From a virus, in IMG/VR virus record IMGVR_UViG_3300008110_000023, positions 1 through 64,000 of that record: DNA of 64,000 bases. One strand, 5' to 3'. The translations under genes were made by a program, and so were the position numbers. Positions 1 through 9,944 of the stretch are shown one piece after another (position 1 is the stretch's first letter; each line of letters begins with the position of its first letter). The notes under the pieces are model-generated. The model was not told the DNA's origin. It searched no databases and worked only from the letters and a program-made list of their open reading frames with translations.

Positions 1-9
1 CCTTTAGAA

Positions 10-1470
10 ATGAAAACAGGTATGGGAACATCTACTACAACAGGTTATTTAAGTCCTGTTTTAACTCATACAACTCTTTATTCTAAATATAGATTAAATG
101 TTACAGCAGGTAGTTCAGTTGGTTTCCCTATTTCTGTTTCACAATTTGAAATGGGAGAGTCTGTGGGTACTATTTATGGTACAGGAACAGGTGGCTCTTT
201 TACAGTACCTTCATCATTAGTAGGAACAAGGAATATTTCATTTTCTGGTGCAGGTATTATGGCTAATACAGCTGCTGCATCAACAGTAATTCAAACTTTT
301 CATAATAATGGTAATATAGTTAATTTTAACAAAACAGGTAGTGGTTATATTGTAGGACCAAATTGGTATTCAACAGCAGCTACTTATTATGCTATTGGAC
401 ATTATGGAACTGCAGGTGGAGTAATTAATTATAATGGAGATTTATGGGGAGGAACAGTTGCTTTGGCTAATCCAGGAGCTGCTTTAGCAGTATGGTCTTC
501 AGCAGGTGCAACTACAGTTACTATAACTGGTAGAATATATGGAGCAAGAGGAGGTACAGGTACAAACACATTATATTTACTAAATTCTGGATCTACTTTA
601 AATGTAACTGGAGATATAGTTCCTAATAATATAATAGCCTCTCCTGCTATTACAAATAATGGTACTAATACTATTAATATAACAGGCAGTTTAATTTCAG
701 ATATAGGTTCTTGTATAAGTTCTGCATCATACACTTGTTATTTAACAATAGTAGGAAATATTGGATATACTAATGCAAGTAGTACAAAAGCTATTACATT
801 AGGAGGTAGTTCTTCTTTAACTGTAACAGGAACTATTACTGCATCACCAAATGAAAATGCAATAGTAACTAGTGGTACAGGCGCAATTAATGTAACTGGT
901 GCAATAACTGGAAATACAAATGGAGCTGGTATAGCAAGTACAGGAACAGGAGCAATAAATGTTCCTACAGGAATAATAACAGCAGGAACAAATGCTTGTG
1001 GAATAACTGCAACAACTTCTTCTTTAGTAACAGTAGGTAATAGTCCAATAAATAATACTAATGGAATAATGGCTGTTTATGCACCAAGAATAAGATTTTA
1101 TACAGCAGCACAAATAGAATGGAAATTTCAAACATCTGATGGTGGTGTTAAAATTTTAAGAAATGCAGATAGTATTATAGGAATGCCTTCTTTTGTAGAT
1201 GTTAAAATTGGGCAAACATATGGACCTAATGATGATATTATAGGAGCATGTGTTATTCCACCTGCAAGTGCTGTAGGAGTTGGAATACCTGTATCAGCTA
1301 TAACTCCTGTGGATACGGCAGTTCCTATTATTGTAGGTACTTTACAATTAACAGGAGAAGATTTACTTAATGCAATCTCTACAAGTAGTAATGATGTTGC
1401 ACAAAGAATTAAAAATTTAGCTACAGTAGAAACTACTGGAGATCAATTAGCAGCTTTTAATAGAATATAA
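10..1470 (+). CDS. Tail fibre/spike-like protein (probably 5'-truncated by the window edge); paralog of 1482..3230
   Basis: G/T/S/N-rich beta-solenoid-like repeats (TGxIT, NVTG). Shares YRLNVT, PRIxFY, WxFQ, TYGP and the C-terminal L(L/D)AISTS...R(I/L)KNL.T..T.GDQL..F with the next ORF. Confidence 0.6.
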   Translation: MKTGMGTSTTTGYLSPVLTHTTLYSKYRLNVTAGSSVGFPISVSQFEMGESVGTIYGTGTGGSFTVPSSLVGTRNISFSGAGIMANTAAASTVIQTFHNNGNIVNFNKTGSGYIVGPNWYSTAATYYAIGHYGTAGGVINYNGDLWGGTVALANPGAALAVWSSAGATTVTITGRIYGARGGTGTNTLYLLNSGSTLNVTGDIVPNNIIASPAITNNGTNTINITGSLISDIGSCISSASYTCYLTIVGNIGYTNASSTKAITLGGSSSLTVTGTITASPNENAIVTSGTGAINVTGAITGNTNGAGIASTGTGAINVPTGIITAGTNACGITATTSSLVTVGNSPINNTNGIMAVYAPRIRFYTAAQIEWKFQTSDGGVKILRNADSIIGMPSFVDVKIGQTYGPNDDIIGACVIPPASAVGVGIPVSAITPVDTAVPIIVGTLQLTGEDLLNAISTSSNDVAQRIKNLATVETTGDQLAAFNRI

Positions 1471-1481
1471 AAATATAAAAT

Positions 1482-3230
1482 ATGGCAAATTATTTTGCAA
1501 TAGCAAACGGCAACTGGAGTGCTAACTCTACATGGGATTCTAATATTATTCCAACAAGTGCTGATGTGGTGTATACTAATGGTTATACAGTTACAATTGA
1601 CACTGATGTTGATGTAGACAGATTAATAAATGGAAGTAATGCAGGTCAACTTCCAAATATGTGTGTTCCTGCAATGACAAGTAATACTGCACCAAGCGGT
1701 GTTGCAAGTGCTTCATCAAATAATTCATTAGCATATTTAGCTTTTGATGGAAATCCAAATACATATTATGATGCTGGAGGAAGTACTGTATCTCCTGGAA
1801 CACCATTTACCTTAACTTATCAATTTGCTACACCAAAGATTATTAAAAGATTTAGAATAGTATCTGCTTATAATTCTACTCCAAATGCATTTACTATTCA
1901 AGCAAGTGATGATCCTACATTTGCAACATTTGCAACATTAGTAACTGGTAATATGCCTAATACAGGCTACAATATTTTTATTAGTGCTTCCTTAACTAAT
2001 ACAACAGCATATACCTATTATAGACTTAATGTTACTACATCTCTTCTTAATGTCTCAACACCCAAAGTATATGCTTTTGATATGACAGAAAGTTCAAGTG
2101 TTATTACAAATGGTTCTGGAACATCAGCTAATACATTAATACAAACAGGAGGATATTATAATATTGCTACTTTACCTACATTACCTGCTGAAAGAACAGT
2201 TGTTGTTAGAAATACAGTATCAGGAATAGTAAATCAAAGTTCTCAAGTTGTAATAAATGCTACTGCTCCTACAGGAATTTTAAATATTAATCATTTTACA
2301 AATGGAAATTTAATAGGAGGAGATAATGCTGGTTGGCAACCTTCATATTCATTTATACAATTAACTTCTGCTTTTACAGCAACTTTAAATGTAAGAGGAA
2401 ATATTATTGGACAAACAGCTGGCTGGAGCAATAGAGATAATGCAGGAATTTCAATTGCTGGAAGTTGTACATGTAATTATATAGGAAATATTACAGCTGG
2501 TTATGGAGATATAAATGCTATTGGTAATGTTGGTATTTTATTAACATCAACTGCTACATTAGCAATAGTTAATATTACAGGAAATTTATTAGGACAGCAA
2601 GTTCTTTTAAGTACAAATCCTGGTGGAGCTGCTATATGGAGTAACTCAACTGGTCTTTCAACTATTAATGTTACAGGAAATATAACAGGTTATTTATATC
2701 CTGCTATTCAAGTTGCTAGTACTAGTAATACTAGTGTAAATGTAATTACTGGAACAGTAACAGCTTCAAATACTAATGTTGGATTAAGAAATTTAGGTGG
2801 TGGTACAGTAACATTACTTTCCCCGGTTATGAATAGTAATAATGTTGTAGGAGTTTTATCTCCAAGAATAAAATTTTATCCTACAGGAATATCTCAATGG
2901 AGATTTCAAAATCAAACAGGAGCTAATGTAACTATATATAGCGGTGCTGGTGCTGGAGATGGTTATCCTGCTGAAGACACTGTAAGATATGGATCTCCTA
3001 CTTATGGTCCTACTAACAGTGAATATAATGGAACAATGAGAATTCCTGATGTAACCAATGTTAATAAAGGAGTAGAATATGGTTATGGTTTAGTAGGTAC
3101 TGGACAATTAACAGCAGAAGCATTTTTAGATGCTATAAGTACTTCTACAAACCCTATGGCTATTAGACTTAAAAATCTATCTACTACTCAAACAATGGGA
3201 GATCAATTATCTGGATTTAGCAATGCTTAA
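1482..3230 (+). CDS. Tail fibre/spike-like protein with N-terminal discoidin (F5/8 type C)-like domain and beta-helix repeats
   Basis: N-terminal GNWS...TW motif, a discoidin-like pattern (PAMTSNTAPSG..ASASS..AYLAFDGN...FTIQASDD...YYRLNV), then G/N/I-rich solenoid repeats. Confidence 0.65.
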   Translation: MANYFAIANGNWSANSTWDSNIIPTSADVVYTNGYTVTIDTDVDVDRLINGSNAGQLPNMCVPAMTSNTAPSGVASASSNNSLAYLAFDGNPNTYYDAGGSTVSPGTPFTLTYQFATPKIIKRFRIVSAYNSTPNAFTIQASDDPTFATFATLVTGNMPNTGYNIFISASLTNTTAYTYYRLNVTTSLLNVSTPKVYAFDMTESSSVITNGSGTSANTLIQTGGYYNIATLPTLPAERTVVVRNTVSGIVNQSSQVVINATAPTGILNINHFTNGNLIGGDNAGWQPSYSFIQLTSAFTATLNVRGNIIGQTAGWSNRDNAGISIAGSCTCNYIGNITAGYGDINAIGNVGILLTSTATLAIVNITGNLLGQQVLLSTNPGGAAIWSNSTGLSTINVTGNITGYLYPAIQVASTSNTSVNVITGTVTASNTNVGLRNLGGGTVTLLSPVMNSNNVVGVLSPRIKFYPTGISQWRFQNQTGANVTIYSGAGAGDGYPAEDTVRYGSPTYGPTNSEYNGTMRIPDVTNVNKGVEYGYGLVGTGQLTAEAFLDAISTSTNPMAIRLKNLSTTQTMGDQLSGFSNA

Positions 3231-3243
3231 TAAAATATAACTA

Positions 3244-5493
3244 ATGAGTTCTATAATAAGAAAAAAGTTATTTTCACAAAATGCAGGTACTGGTGGGGGT
3301 GGTTTTACTCCCACTACTCAAATTATTAGATATAATGTACTTAATTATTCTGCATTATCTACGCTAACTCCTAATACAGGTGAGTTTGCTTATGTACAAA
3401 ATGAACAAGGTACTAAATGGTTACCTGGAACTATAGGTGGAACTTACTATGCATCTGGTTTATATTACTACACAGGAACTACTTGGATAAATGACTTAAC
3501 TAGTATTGCTGCACAATTAGCTTTAAATGATACTGCAATATTAGATTTACAAACAAATAAAGTACCTTATACTGGAGCTACTACAGATCTTAACTTAGGT
3601 ACTTATAATTTAACAGCAGATCATATATCTTTAAATACAAATCCATCTGGTGCAGGTTTTGTTGAAGGTACTATGCAATGGAACAACACTGATGGTACTT
3701 CAGAGACTCTATTAAAAGGAGGATCAGTTATATTAAAAAATGGTGTAGACTTAGTTGCTAGAGTAGTTAATAAAGTAGTACCAAATACAGTTCTTACTAA
3801 AGCTCAATATCAAGTTGTTAAAGTTAGTGGAGCACAAGGTCAAAGACTTGCTATAGATTTAGCTCAAGGTGATGTTGATAATAATAGTGCGGATACTCTT
3901 GGTGTAGTTATTGAAACAATTACTACTAATCAAGAGGGTTTTATAATGACAGTTGGTCAATTAGAAGATGTTAATACATCAGGTTCTTTGCAAGGTGAAA
4001 CCTGGGCAGATGGTGATGTATTATATCTTTCTCCCACAGTTAGAGGGGCTATTACTAAAGTAAAACCAACTGGATTAACAGGACATATAGTAGTTATAGG
4101 TTATGTAGAATATGCACATCCTACTCAAGGTAAGATCTATGTAAAAATAATGAACGGTTGGGAACTTGATGAACTCCATAATGTTTATATAGATAATGGT
4201 ACTTTAGCAAATAATAACATACTAACTTACAACAGTGCAGACTCTCTTTGGAAAAATAAAACAGTTGCTACAGCTTTAGGTTATACTCCAGTAGGAGGTA
4301 GTGGTACTACTAATTATATTAGTAAATTTACTGCTTCTGGTACTATAGGTAATTCACTTATACAAGATGATAATGTTGGTATAGGAATTAACTCTGCTCC
4401 TAATTCTGGTTCTACTTTATATTCATTAACTGCAGTAGGACAATCTATTTCTGGTCATTTTATATCTACTGATACTAGTGGAAATTCTTATGGTACATAT
4501 GCATCTACAGTAGGTGCTAATAGTAATGTTAATGTTGGTACTTATGGAAGTGCAACTAACTCTACTTTAATGAATATAGGAGGTATGGGAGTTGCAATGT
4601 CTCCAACAGTTGGTGTTAATATTGGAGGTTCTTTTACCGCAACAAATGGAGCTAGTAACTATGCACTTAGATTAACAGATGGAACACAGGCAATAGGGAA
4701 ATACCTTAAATGTGTAGGCGCTAATGGAGAAGCCAATTGGGATACTTACTCTCCTTTTATACCAGAATTAAAACCACAAGAAATATATAGAGGTGTTATT
4801 ATTAATAATAATAGTACATCTATTGTTTCTGACGGAGGTATTACAGCTTTTCCTACAGGATCTACATTAGCACAATCAGTAGCTTCTACTAATTTTTCAA
4901 CTAAACAAATTAGATTAAGATATTATAATACTACTGTTTCTGCTGGAAGATATACTGGGCTAAGAGGAAGTGCATTACTTTGGTTTATACATGGTGGATT
5001 TAGATATATTTGTGATTTTAATATTTCAGATACAGCTTATTCTGCAGGATGTCAACAATTTTATGGATTAGCTTCTCAAACAGCAGATTTAAATTATGGA
5101 GGTGCTGGTGGTATATTAGTTAGTACTTTAATTAATATAATAGGAATAGGTTCTGAAACTGGAGATACTAACTTACAAGTTTTTCATAATGACGCTACTG
5201 GAACAGCAACAAAAATAGATTTAGGAGTAGATTTTCCAGCTAATAGAACTGCTGGTGCAATATCTACAACAGTTTATTCTGTTACATTATATAATGCTCC
5301 TACATCTACTGATGTATTATATAGAGTTGTTAACAATGAAACAGGTGCTATAGCTGAAGGAACTGTATCTACAAATTTACCAGCTACTTCATTAGGATTA
5401 AACTTTTTTGCAAGTAGATGCATGTCTGTTACTTCAGTTACTGGTACAGGACAATTTGATTTGTCTAAATTAGGGGTTTTCTCTTTATTATAA
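3244..5493 (+). CDS. Tail fibre / receptor-binding protein
   Basis: Mosaic of fibre-type modules (VPYTGATTDLNLG; WADGDVLYLSP...GKIYV; ELDELHNVYI; GSGTTNYISKFT) and a beta-rich C-terminal head, located in the tail cluster. Confidence 0.65.
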   Translation: MSSIIRKKLFSQNAGTGGGGFTPTTQIIRYNVLNYSALSTLTPNTGEFAYVQNEQGTKWLPGTIGGTYYASGLYYYTGTTWINDLTSIAAQLALNDTAILDLQTNKVPYTGATTDLNLGTYNLTADHISLNTNPSGAGFVEGTMQWNNTDGTSETLLKGGSVILKNGVDLVARVVNKVVPNTVLTKAQYQVVKVSGAQGQRLAIDLAQGDVDNNSADTLGVVIETITTNQEGFIMTVGQLEDVNTSGSLQGETWADGDVLYLSPTVRGAITKVKPTGLTGHIVVIGYVEYAHPTQGKIYVKIMNGWELDELHNVYIDNGTLANNNILTYNSADSLWKNKTVATALGYTPVGGSGTTNYISKFTASGTIGNSLIQDDNVGIGINSAPNSGSTLYSLTAVGQSISGHFISTDTSGNSYGTYASTVGANSNVNVGTYGSATNSTLMNIGGMGVAMSPTVGVNIGGSFTATNGASNYALRLTDGTQAIGKYLKCVGANGEANWDTYSPFIPELKPQEIYRGVIINNNSTSIVSDGGITAFPTGSTLAQSVASTNFSTKQIRLRYYNTTVSAGRYTGLRGSALLWFIHGGFRYICDFNISDTAYSAGCQQFYGLASQTADLNYGGAGGILVSTLINIIGIGSETGDTNLQVFHNDATGTATKIDLGVDFPANRTAGAISTTVYSVTLYNAPTSTDVLYRVVNNETGAIAEGTVSTNLPATSLGLNFFASRCMSVTSVTGTGQFDLSKLGVFSLL

Positions 5494-5496
5494 TTT

Positions 5497-5739
5497 ATGG
5501 AAAAGTTTACATTAATAGCAACAAAAATATTACTTGATGATTTTGAAATTCAAGTTAATTTGAAACCTTCAAGTGAGATTATTAAAAATTATATAGCAAC
5601 TGGTAGGTCTTATTTACATACAGAAGCTACAGATATTGCTATAAATGATTTTATTTTAGAGATGACTCCTTTACTATTTAATGATTTTCAGAATGCAGAA
5701 AATATACCTATAGAAATAAGACAACAGTTTGAATTATAA
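5497..5739 (+). CDS. Small protein after tail fibre (possible fibre chaperone)
   Basis: 80-aa ORF starting 4 nt after the fibre stop; function inferred from position only. Confidence 0.35.
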   Translation: MEKFTLIATKILLDDFEIQVNLKPSSEIIKNYIATGRSYLHTEATDIAINDFILEMTPLLFNDFQNAENIPIEIRQQFEL

Positions 5740-5744
5740 CCCTA

Positions 5745-5775
5745 TTGTTTAATTAAAATATATATAGTATATTTG
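5745..5775 (+). promoter_or_regulatory. Bacteroidota sigma-A-type promoter (TTG-N20-TATATTTG) upstream of the lysis/tail operon
   Basis: TTG at 5745-5747 and TATATTTG at 5768-5775, matching the -33 TTG / -7 TAnnTTTG consensus. Confidence 0.75.
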
Positions 5776-5812
5776 TACTATTTACCTTACTCAAAATAAA
5801 TAACATAACAAA

Positions 5813-5998
5813 ATGAAGAAAGTTACATTAGTATTAAATGAGCAGGAAGCAGACACCTTAGTAAAATTATTAGACATTACTCTTAAATCATCAGGATATG
5901 CAGCTAAAGATGCTGTATATTTTATTGATAAGATTATTGCAGATTTTAATAAGAAGGAAGAAGTTATAGAAGAAGTTGAACATATTAATGGACTTTAA
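5813..5998 (+). CDS. Hypothetical protein
   Basis: 61-aa ORF downstream of the promoter with an A-rich start context. Confidence 0.6.
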   Translation: MKKVTLVLNEQEADTLVKLLDITLKSSGYAAKDAVYFIDKIIADFNKKEEVIEEVEHINGL

Positions 5999-6017
5999 TC
6001 TATAATCTTTATACTTA

Positions 6018-6239
6018 ATGGATCCAATGCAAGAACAACTTAATAACATAGAACACAAAGTAAATCAAATTTGTGATGCTTTACTAGGTACTGATTTTAC
6101 TAATCATCAAGGACTTATAGATAAAGTAGAGAAGCATAATAAGTATATTGAAAGTGATAAAAAATTCAAATGGACTATTGCTGGGATTCTTATGGTATTA
6201 GCATTAGTTAGAGAAAAAATATTATCTTTAATATTCTAA
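6018..6239 (+). CDS. Small membrane protein, holin/antiholin-like
   Basis: N-terminal coiled coil plus one C-terminal TM segment (WTIAGILMVLALV); overlaps the endolysin start (TAATG). Confidence 0.5.
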   Translation: MDPMQEQLNNIEHKVNQICDALLGTDFTNHQGLIDKVEKHNKYIESDKKFKWTIAGILMVLALVREKILSLIF

Positions 6240-6736
6240 TGAAAACTGGACCACTAGGAATACAACTTATTAAGGTTTATGAAAGCCTGCATGATAATAA
6301 TCTAAAAAAGATTGGATTACAACCTAAAATGTGCCCTGCTGGTATCTGGACATCTGGATATGGCAGGGCTATTATAGATCCAAGAACAGGTAAATTCTTA
6401 AAAGGAATTGCAAATAAAGAATATGCAGAAGCTAACTTTACAGTTGCTGATGAAAAGACTGCAATGAATAATTTACTAGAAGATCTAGTAAAATATGAAA
6501 ATATAGTAAAGTCTAAAATAAAAATACAATTAACACAAAACCAATTTGATGCTTTAGTATCTCACACTTATAACACTGGTGGTTCAGATACATTATTTAA
6601 ATTAATAAATGATAAAGCAACTGATCAAGTAATATACAATTGGTTTACTACTAAATACACTACAGCTAATGGAGTAGTACTAAGAGGTTTAGTTAGTAGA
6701 AGAAAGTCTGAAGCAGACTTATACTTTAAAAAATAA
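6239..6736 (+). CDS. Endolysin, GH24 phage lysozyme
   Basis: IKxYE...CPAGIWTSGYG, QNQFDALVSHTYNTG and LRGLVSRRKSEADLY motifs. Confidence 0.93.
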   Translation: MKTGPLGIQLIKVYESLHDNNLKKIGLQPKMCPAGIWTSGYGRAIIDPRTGKFLKGIANKEYAEANFTVADEKTAMNNLLEDLVKYENIVKSKIKIQLTQNQFDALVSHTYNTGGSDTLFKLINDKATDQVIYNWFTTKYTTANGVVLRGLVSRRKSEADLYFKK

Positions 6737-6740
6737 ACAT

Positions 6741-6986
6741 ATGAATTTAGTACAATTAATAAGACAGGTAACTAATGATACCATGAAGAAAGAAGGTAAA
6801 TGGAGTAGAACTTCACTTACTATGTTTTCTTCTTTTTGGATTGGAGTATTATACTCAGGTTATGGTATATATAAATATGGATTTGATCCTATTGTATTTG
6901 CAACTTATATGGCAGTTGCTACAGGTCTTAAAGTGATAGATGTAATAGATAAACATAAAAATAATACACCAAATGACCAAGTTTAA
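6741..6986 (+). CDS. Putative holin
   Basis: 81 aa, two hydrophobic segments, charged C-terminus, adjacent to the lysozyme. Confidence 0.6.
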   Translation: MNLVQLIRQVTNDTMKKEGKWSRTSLTMFSSFWIGVLYSGYGIYKYGFDPIVFATYMAVATGLKVIDVIDKHKNNTPNDQV

Positions 6987-7545
6987 AGCAGTGATGAGTA
7001 TTATAGGTATTACTTTTATAATAAGTATGTTTGCTAATATGTGCAATAAACCTATAGAACAAGAAGGGCCAGGAAGAATAGATACTGTAGTAGAATATAA
7101 AACACACATAGATACTGTATTCTTTGATAGAACTGTTACTAAAACTGTAGCTAAAATTATTAATACTAGAGACACTATTTACTTAGATAGTATTACACAG
7201 ACACCACATAGATTTAATGTTGTAGACACCCATATATGTGACTCTCTTATTGAGGGTACTATATCTACTGTAATGGATGGTACTATAGTAGCACAAGAAT
7301 TTACATATAAAGCATTGTTTCCTAAGTATATTATTAAATCAGATTCAGTAATTACTACTATATCTACAGAAGCTAAACTAAGAAATAGTTTGTATTTAGG
7401 TATGATGTTAGGTGGTAATAAAAAACAAATGGAATTAGGACCTACAATAGTATTAACTACAAAGAAACATTTATTAGTAGGATATAATTACGGTATAATA
7501 AACCGTACACATAATGTAAGTATAGGATATAAACTTTTTAAATAA
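6973..7545 (+). CDS. Putative spanin-like/outer-membrane lysis accessory protein
   Basis: N-terminal TM/signal, DT/DS-rich linker and C-terminal amphipathic beta-strands ending VSIGYKLFK; last gene of the lysis cassette. Confidence 0.45.
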   Translation: MTKFKAVMSIIGITFIISMFANMCNKPIEQEGPGRIDTVVEYKTHIDTVFFDRTVTKTVAKIINTRDTIYLDSITQTPHRFNVVDTHICDSLIEGTISTVMDGTIVAQEFTYKALFPKYIIKSDSVITTISTEAKLRNSLYLGMMLGGNKKQMELGPTIVLTTKKHLLVGYNYGIINRTHNVSIGYKLFK

Positions 7546-7551
7546 AATAAT

Positions 7552-7851
7552 ATGCACGGAGAAGATAAAGAAAGATATAGTATATCTAAAGAAGAAAATG
7601 GTAATACTAAGAAAGTAACTGTTAAAGAAATTGAAAATGGTTACTTAGTTTGTATTACAGAATGTGGATACAAAGGAGAGGGAGATAAAAAAGAATGGTA
7701 TTCTGAAGAAAAAGAATTCTACTCTAAAACTAATCCTTTAATGGAAGGTAAAGAAGAAGAGAAAGAAGAAGAAAAAGCAGAATCTGTACTTTCTAAATTA
7801 CCAGATTTCATGAATTCTTTAGCATCTAGCTTAGGTAAACTTAATATATAA
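7552..7851 (+). CDS. Hypothetical acidic protein
   Basis: 99-aa ORF with VKEIENGYLV motif and Glu-rich tract. Confidence 0.6.
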   Translation: MHGEDKERYSISKEENGNTKKVTVKEIENGYLVCITECGYKGEGDKKEWYSEEKEFYSKTNPLMEGKEEEKEEEKAESVLSKLPDFMNSLASSLGKLNI

Positions 7852-7859
7852 TAATTACA

Positions 7860-8567
7860 ATGGGTATTACTCTTAATGAAATAGCATATGACTTACTTAA
7901 TCTTATTAGAGCAGGACGTTCTGTAACTGGTGAGACTATAAGTATAGATCAAATTAAATTTTGGGTTGTTAATACAAGAGCCCAGTTAATAAGAAATGAA
8001 GCTAATAAACAAAGAACTATAGATCCTGAATTAATACAGGATTTAGGTTGTTTAGAAGTAGAAGCAGTTGATGCTGCATTATGTTGTAATGTATCTGTAG
8101 ATTGTAATGTAGTTAGAACTAAAAAGAAAATACCTGGCTTTATTGAAATAAATCAAAAGCCTCTTATTACTAGAGTAGGTCCTATTAATAGAACTCTGCC
8201 ACAGTATGATTTTATTCCTATTGAAAGATTGCCTTTTGAGTTTCAAAATAAGTTTACAAAAAATCAAATAAAATCTTATATTCACGGAGATTATATTTAT
8301 CTTGCAGGCCATAAAGATAACCAAGATTTATTTGGATTAGCTTATGTAAATGTAGCAGGAGTATTTGAAGATCCAAGGTCTATTGCAGATTTTGAATGTG
8401 ATAATGAAGCTTGTTATTCAGATGATGGAAGTTTTAAAATAAAAAGATGGATGATTGAATTAATGAAAGCTCAAATATTACAATTAGACCTACAAACTAT
8501 TGCTGGATCTATGACAGATAAAACTTCAGATTCTAAACTGGGTCTTCAAAACCAATCACAACCATAA
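7860..8567 (+). CDS. crAss-like tail ring/adaptor structural protein
   Basis: TLNEIAYDLL...QIKFWV..RAQLI, IQDLGCLEV and GVFEDP motifs; position in the crAss-type tail gene order. Confidence 0.65.
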   Translation: MGITLNEIAYDLLNLIRAGRSVTGETISIDQIKFWVVNTRAQLIRNEANKQRTIDPELIQDLGCLEVEAVDAALCCNVSVDCNVVRTKKKIPGFIEINQKPLITRVGPINRTLPQYDFIPIERLPFEFQNKFTKNQIKSYIHGDYIYLAGHKDNQDLFGLAYVNVAGVFEDPRSIADFECDNEACYSDDGSFKIKRWMIELMKAQILQLDLQTIAGSMTDKTSDSKLGLQNQSQP

Positions 8568-8570
8568 TAA

Positions 8571-9119
8571 ATGAAAAGAGGGGAAGGAAAAATAAAATCT
8601 GATTATACATTAAAAGATGCCTACAAAGTTTTCTGTTCTAAATTAGTTAAGTCAGAAAACTTAGATGGCTCTTTCACTGATATAAAAACTAAGTACAATT
8701 TAAACAAGACTTTATATAATCAAATATGTAAAGACTTTAATAACTTAGTAGTTACAGAGATTATTGAGAAGGCATATGAATTTAAAATACCTGCTAGATT
8801 AGGTACCTTTAGAGTTAGAGTAAGAAAAGAAAAACTTAAACTAACACCAGAAGGTAAAATAGATACAAGAAAACTGGTAGTAGACTGGAAGAGAACTAAA
8901 GAAGTTTGGAATGAAAGTCCTGAACTAAGAGAAAAAAAGAAAGTTGTTTTTGTAGAAAACAGTCACTCAGATAATTATAGAGCTTGGTGGTATTGGAGTA
9001 AGAACTATTGTAATGTACCAAACAAAACTGTATATCAGTTTATACCATCAAGAACTAATAAAAGGACTCTAGCAGCAGCTATTAAAAGAGAAGAAAATAA
9101 GCCAATATACCATTTATAA
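8571..9119 (+). CDS. crAss-like IHF/HU-like basic protein
   Basis: FKIPARLGTFRVR resembles the IHF/HU beta-arm; VDWKRTKE and FIPSRTNKR; syntenic with crAss IHF-like genes. Confidence 0.6.
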   Translation: MKRGEGKIKSDYTLKDAYKVFCSKLVKSENLDGSFTDIKTKYNLNKTLYNQICKDFNNLVVTEIIEKAYEFKIPARLGTFRVRVRKEKLKLTPEGKIDTRKLVVDWKRTKEVWNESPELREKKKVVFVENSHSDNYRAWWYWSKNYCNVPNKTVYQFIPSRTNKRTLAAAIKREENKPIYHL

Positions 9120-9134
9120 TTAACCCCACATATA

Positions 9135-9944
9135 ATGCTTAATTCAAAATTAGTAAGTACTAAAGAACTTGTAGCAACTGTTTATAGAGACGGAGGATAT
9201 ACTACTGAAGTTAGTTATTCTGACTGTATAGAATGGACTGCAGAATGCTTAGATTTAATAGCAGCTCCACAAGGTTATGTAAGAAAAGTAACAGATGTAA
9301 ACAATCCTGTTATTATTGAAAATTATAGAGGTAAATTACCAGCTGATTTAGTACAAATAATACAAACAGCTAAGTTAGATAACTCTTATCCACAAACTAG
9401 TATGGTTGGTACTGTACTTGATTTTACACAAGGACATGTAATAAGTGCTCCTCAATATTCTATTGGTTGTAAAATTATACCAATGAGATATGCAACAGAT
9501 ACGTTTAATCTAGGATTACACTGCAATGACTGTATAGACACTCTTGTTGATTCTGATTATACCTATGAACTAAATAATGATTATATATTTGCCAACTTTA
9601 AAACAGGAAAAGTACTTTTTAGTTATTTGGGTTATCCAATAGACTGTGATGGTTTTCCTATGATACCTGATAATATTAAATTTAAACAAGCAGTAAAAGC
9701 TTATTTAATGGAAAGAATAGATTATAAACTATGGAGAAAAGGAGAAATCAATACCCAAGTATATAATAAATCAGAACAAGAAAGAATGTGGTATATTGGA
9801 GCAGCACAAACACAAGCACAAATACCAAGTATTGATCAAGCAGAAAGTTGGAAAAATAGAATGGTTAAATTGCTTCCTGAGTTTAATGCTCAAAGTAATT
9901 TCTTTAGAAGAGGTAGTAATCAAGAACAATTAAGAAATATATAA
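9135..9944 (+). CDS. crAss-like tail tubular/ring protein (P22 gp4-like)
   Basis: IEWTAECL, ENYRGKLPADL, SYLGYPIDCDGFPMIPD and WYIGAA; directly upstream of the muzzle gene. Confidence 0.7.
   Translation: MLNSKLVSTKELVATVYRDGGYTTEVSYSDCIEWTAECLDLIAAPQGYVRKVTDVNNPVIIENYRGKLPADLVQIIQTAKLDNSYPQTSMVGTVLDFTQGHVISAPQYSIGCKIIPMRYATDTFNLGLHCNDCIDTLVDSDYTYELNNDYIFANFKTGKVLFSYLGYPIDCDGFPMIPDNIKFKQAVKAYLMERIDYKLWRKGEINTQVYNKSEQERMWYIGAAQTQAQIPSIDQAESWKNRMVKLLPEFNAQSNFFRRGSNQEQLRNI

Noticed and set aside
10-5493. Diversity-generating retroelement acting on the tail fibres
   Set aside because: No reverse transcriptase and no near-identical TR/VR pair were seen; paralog similarity is only at the protein level.
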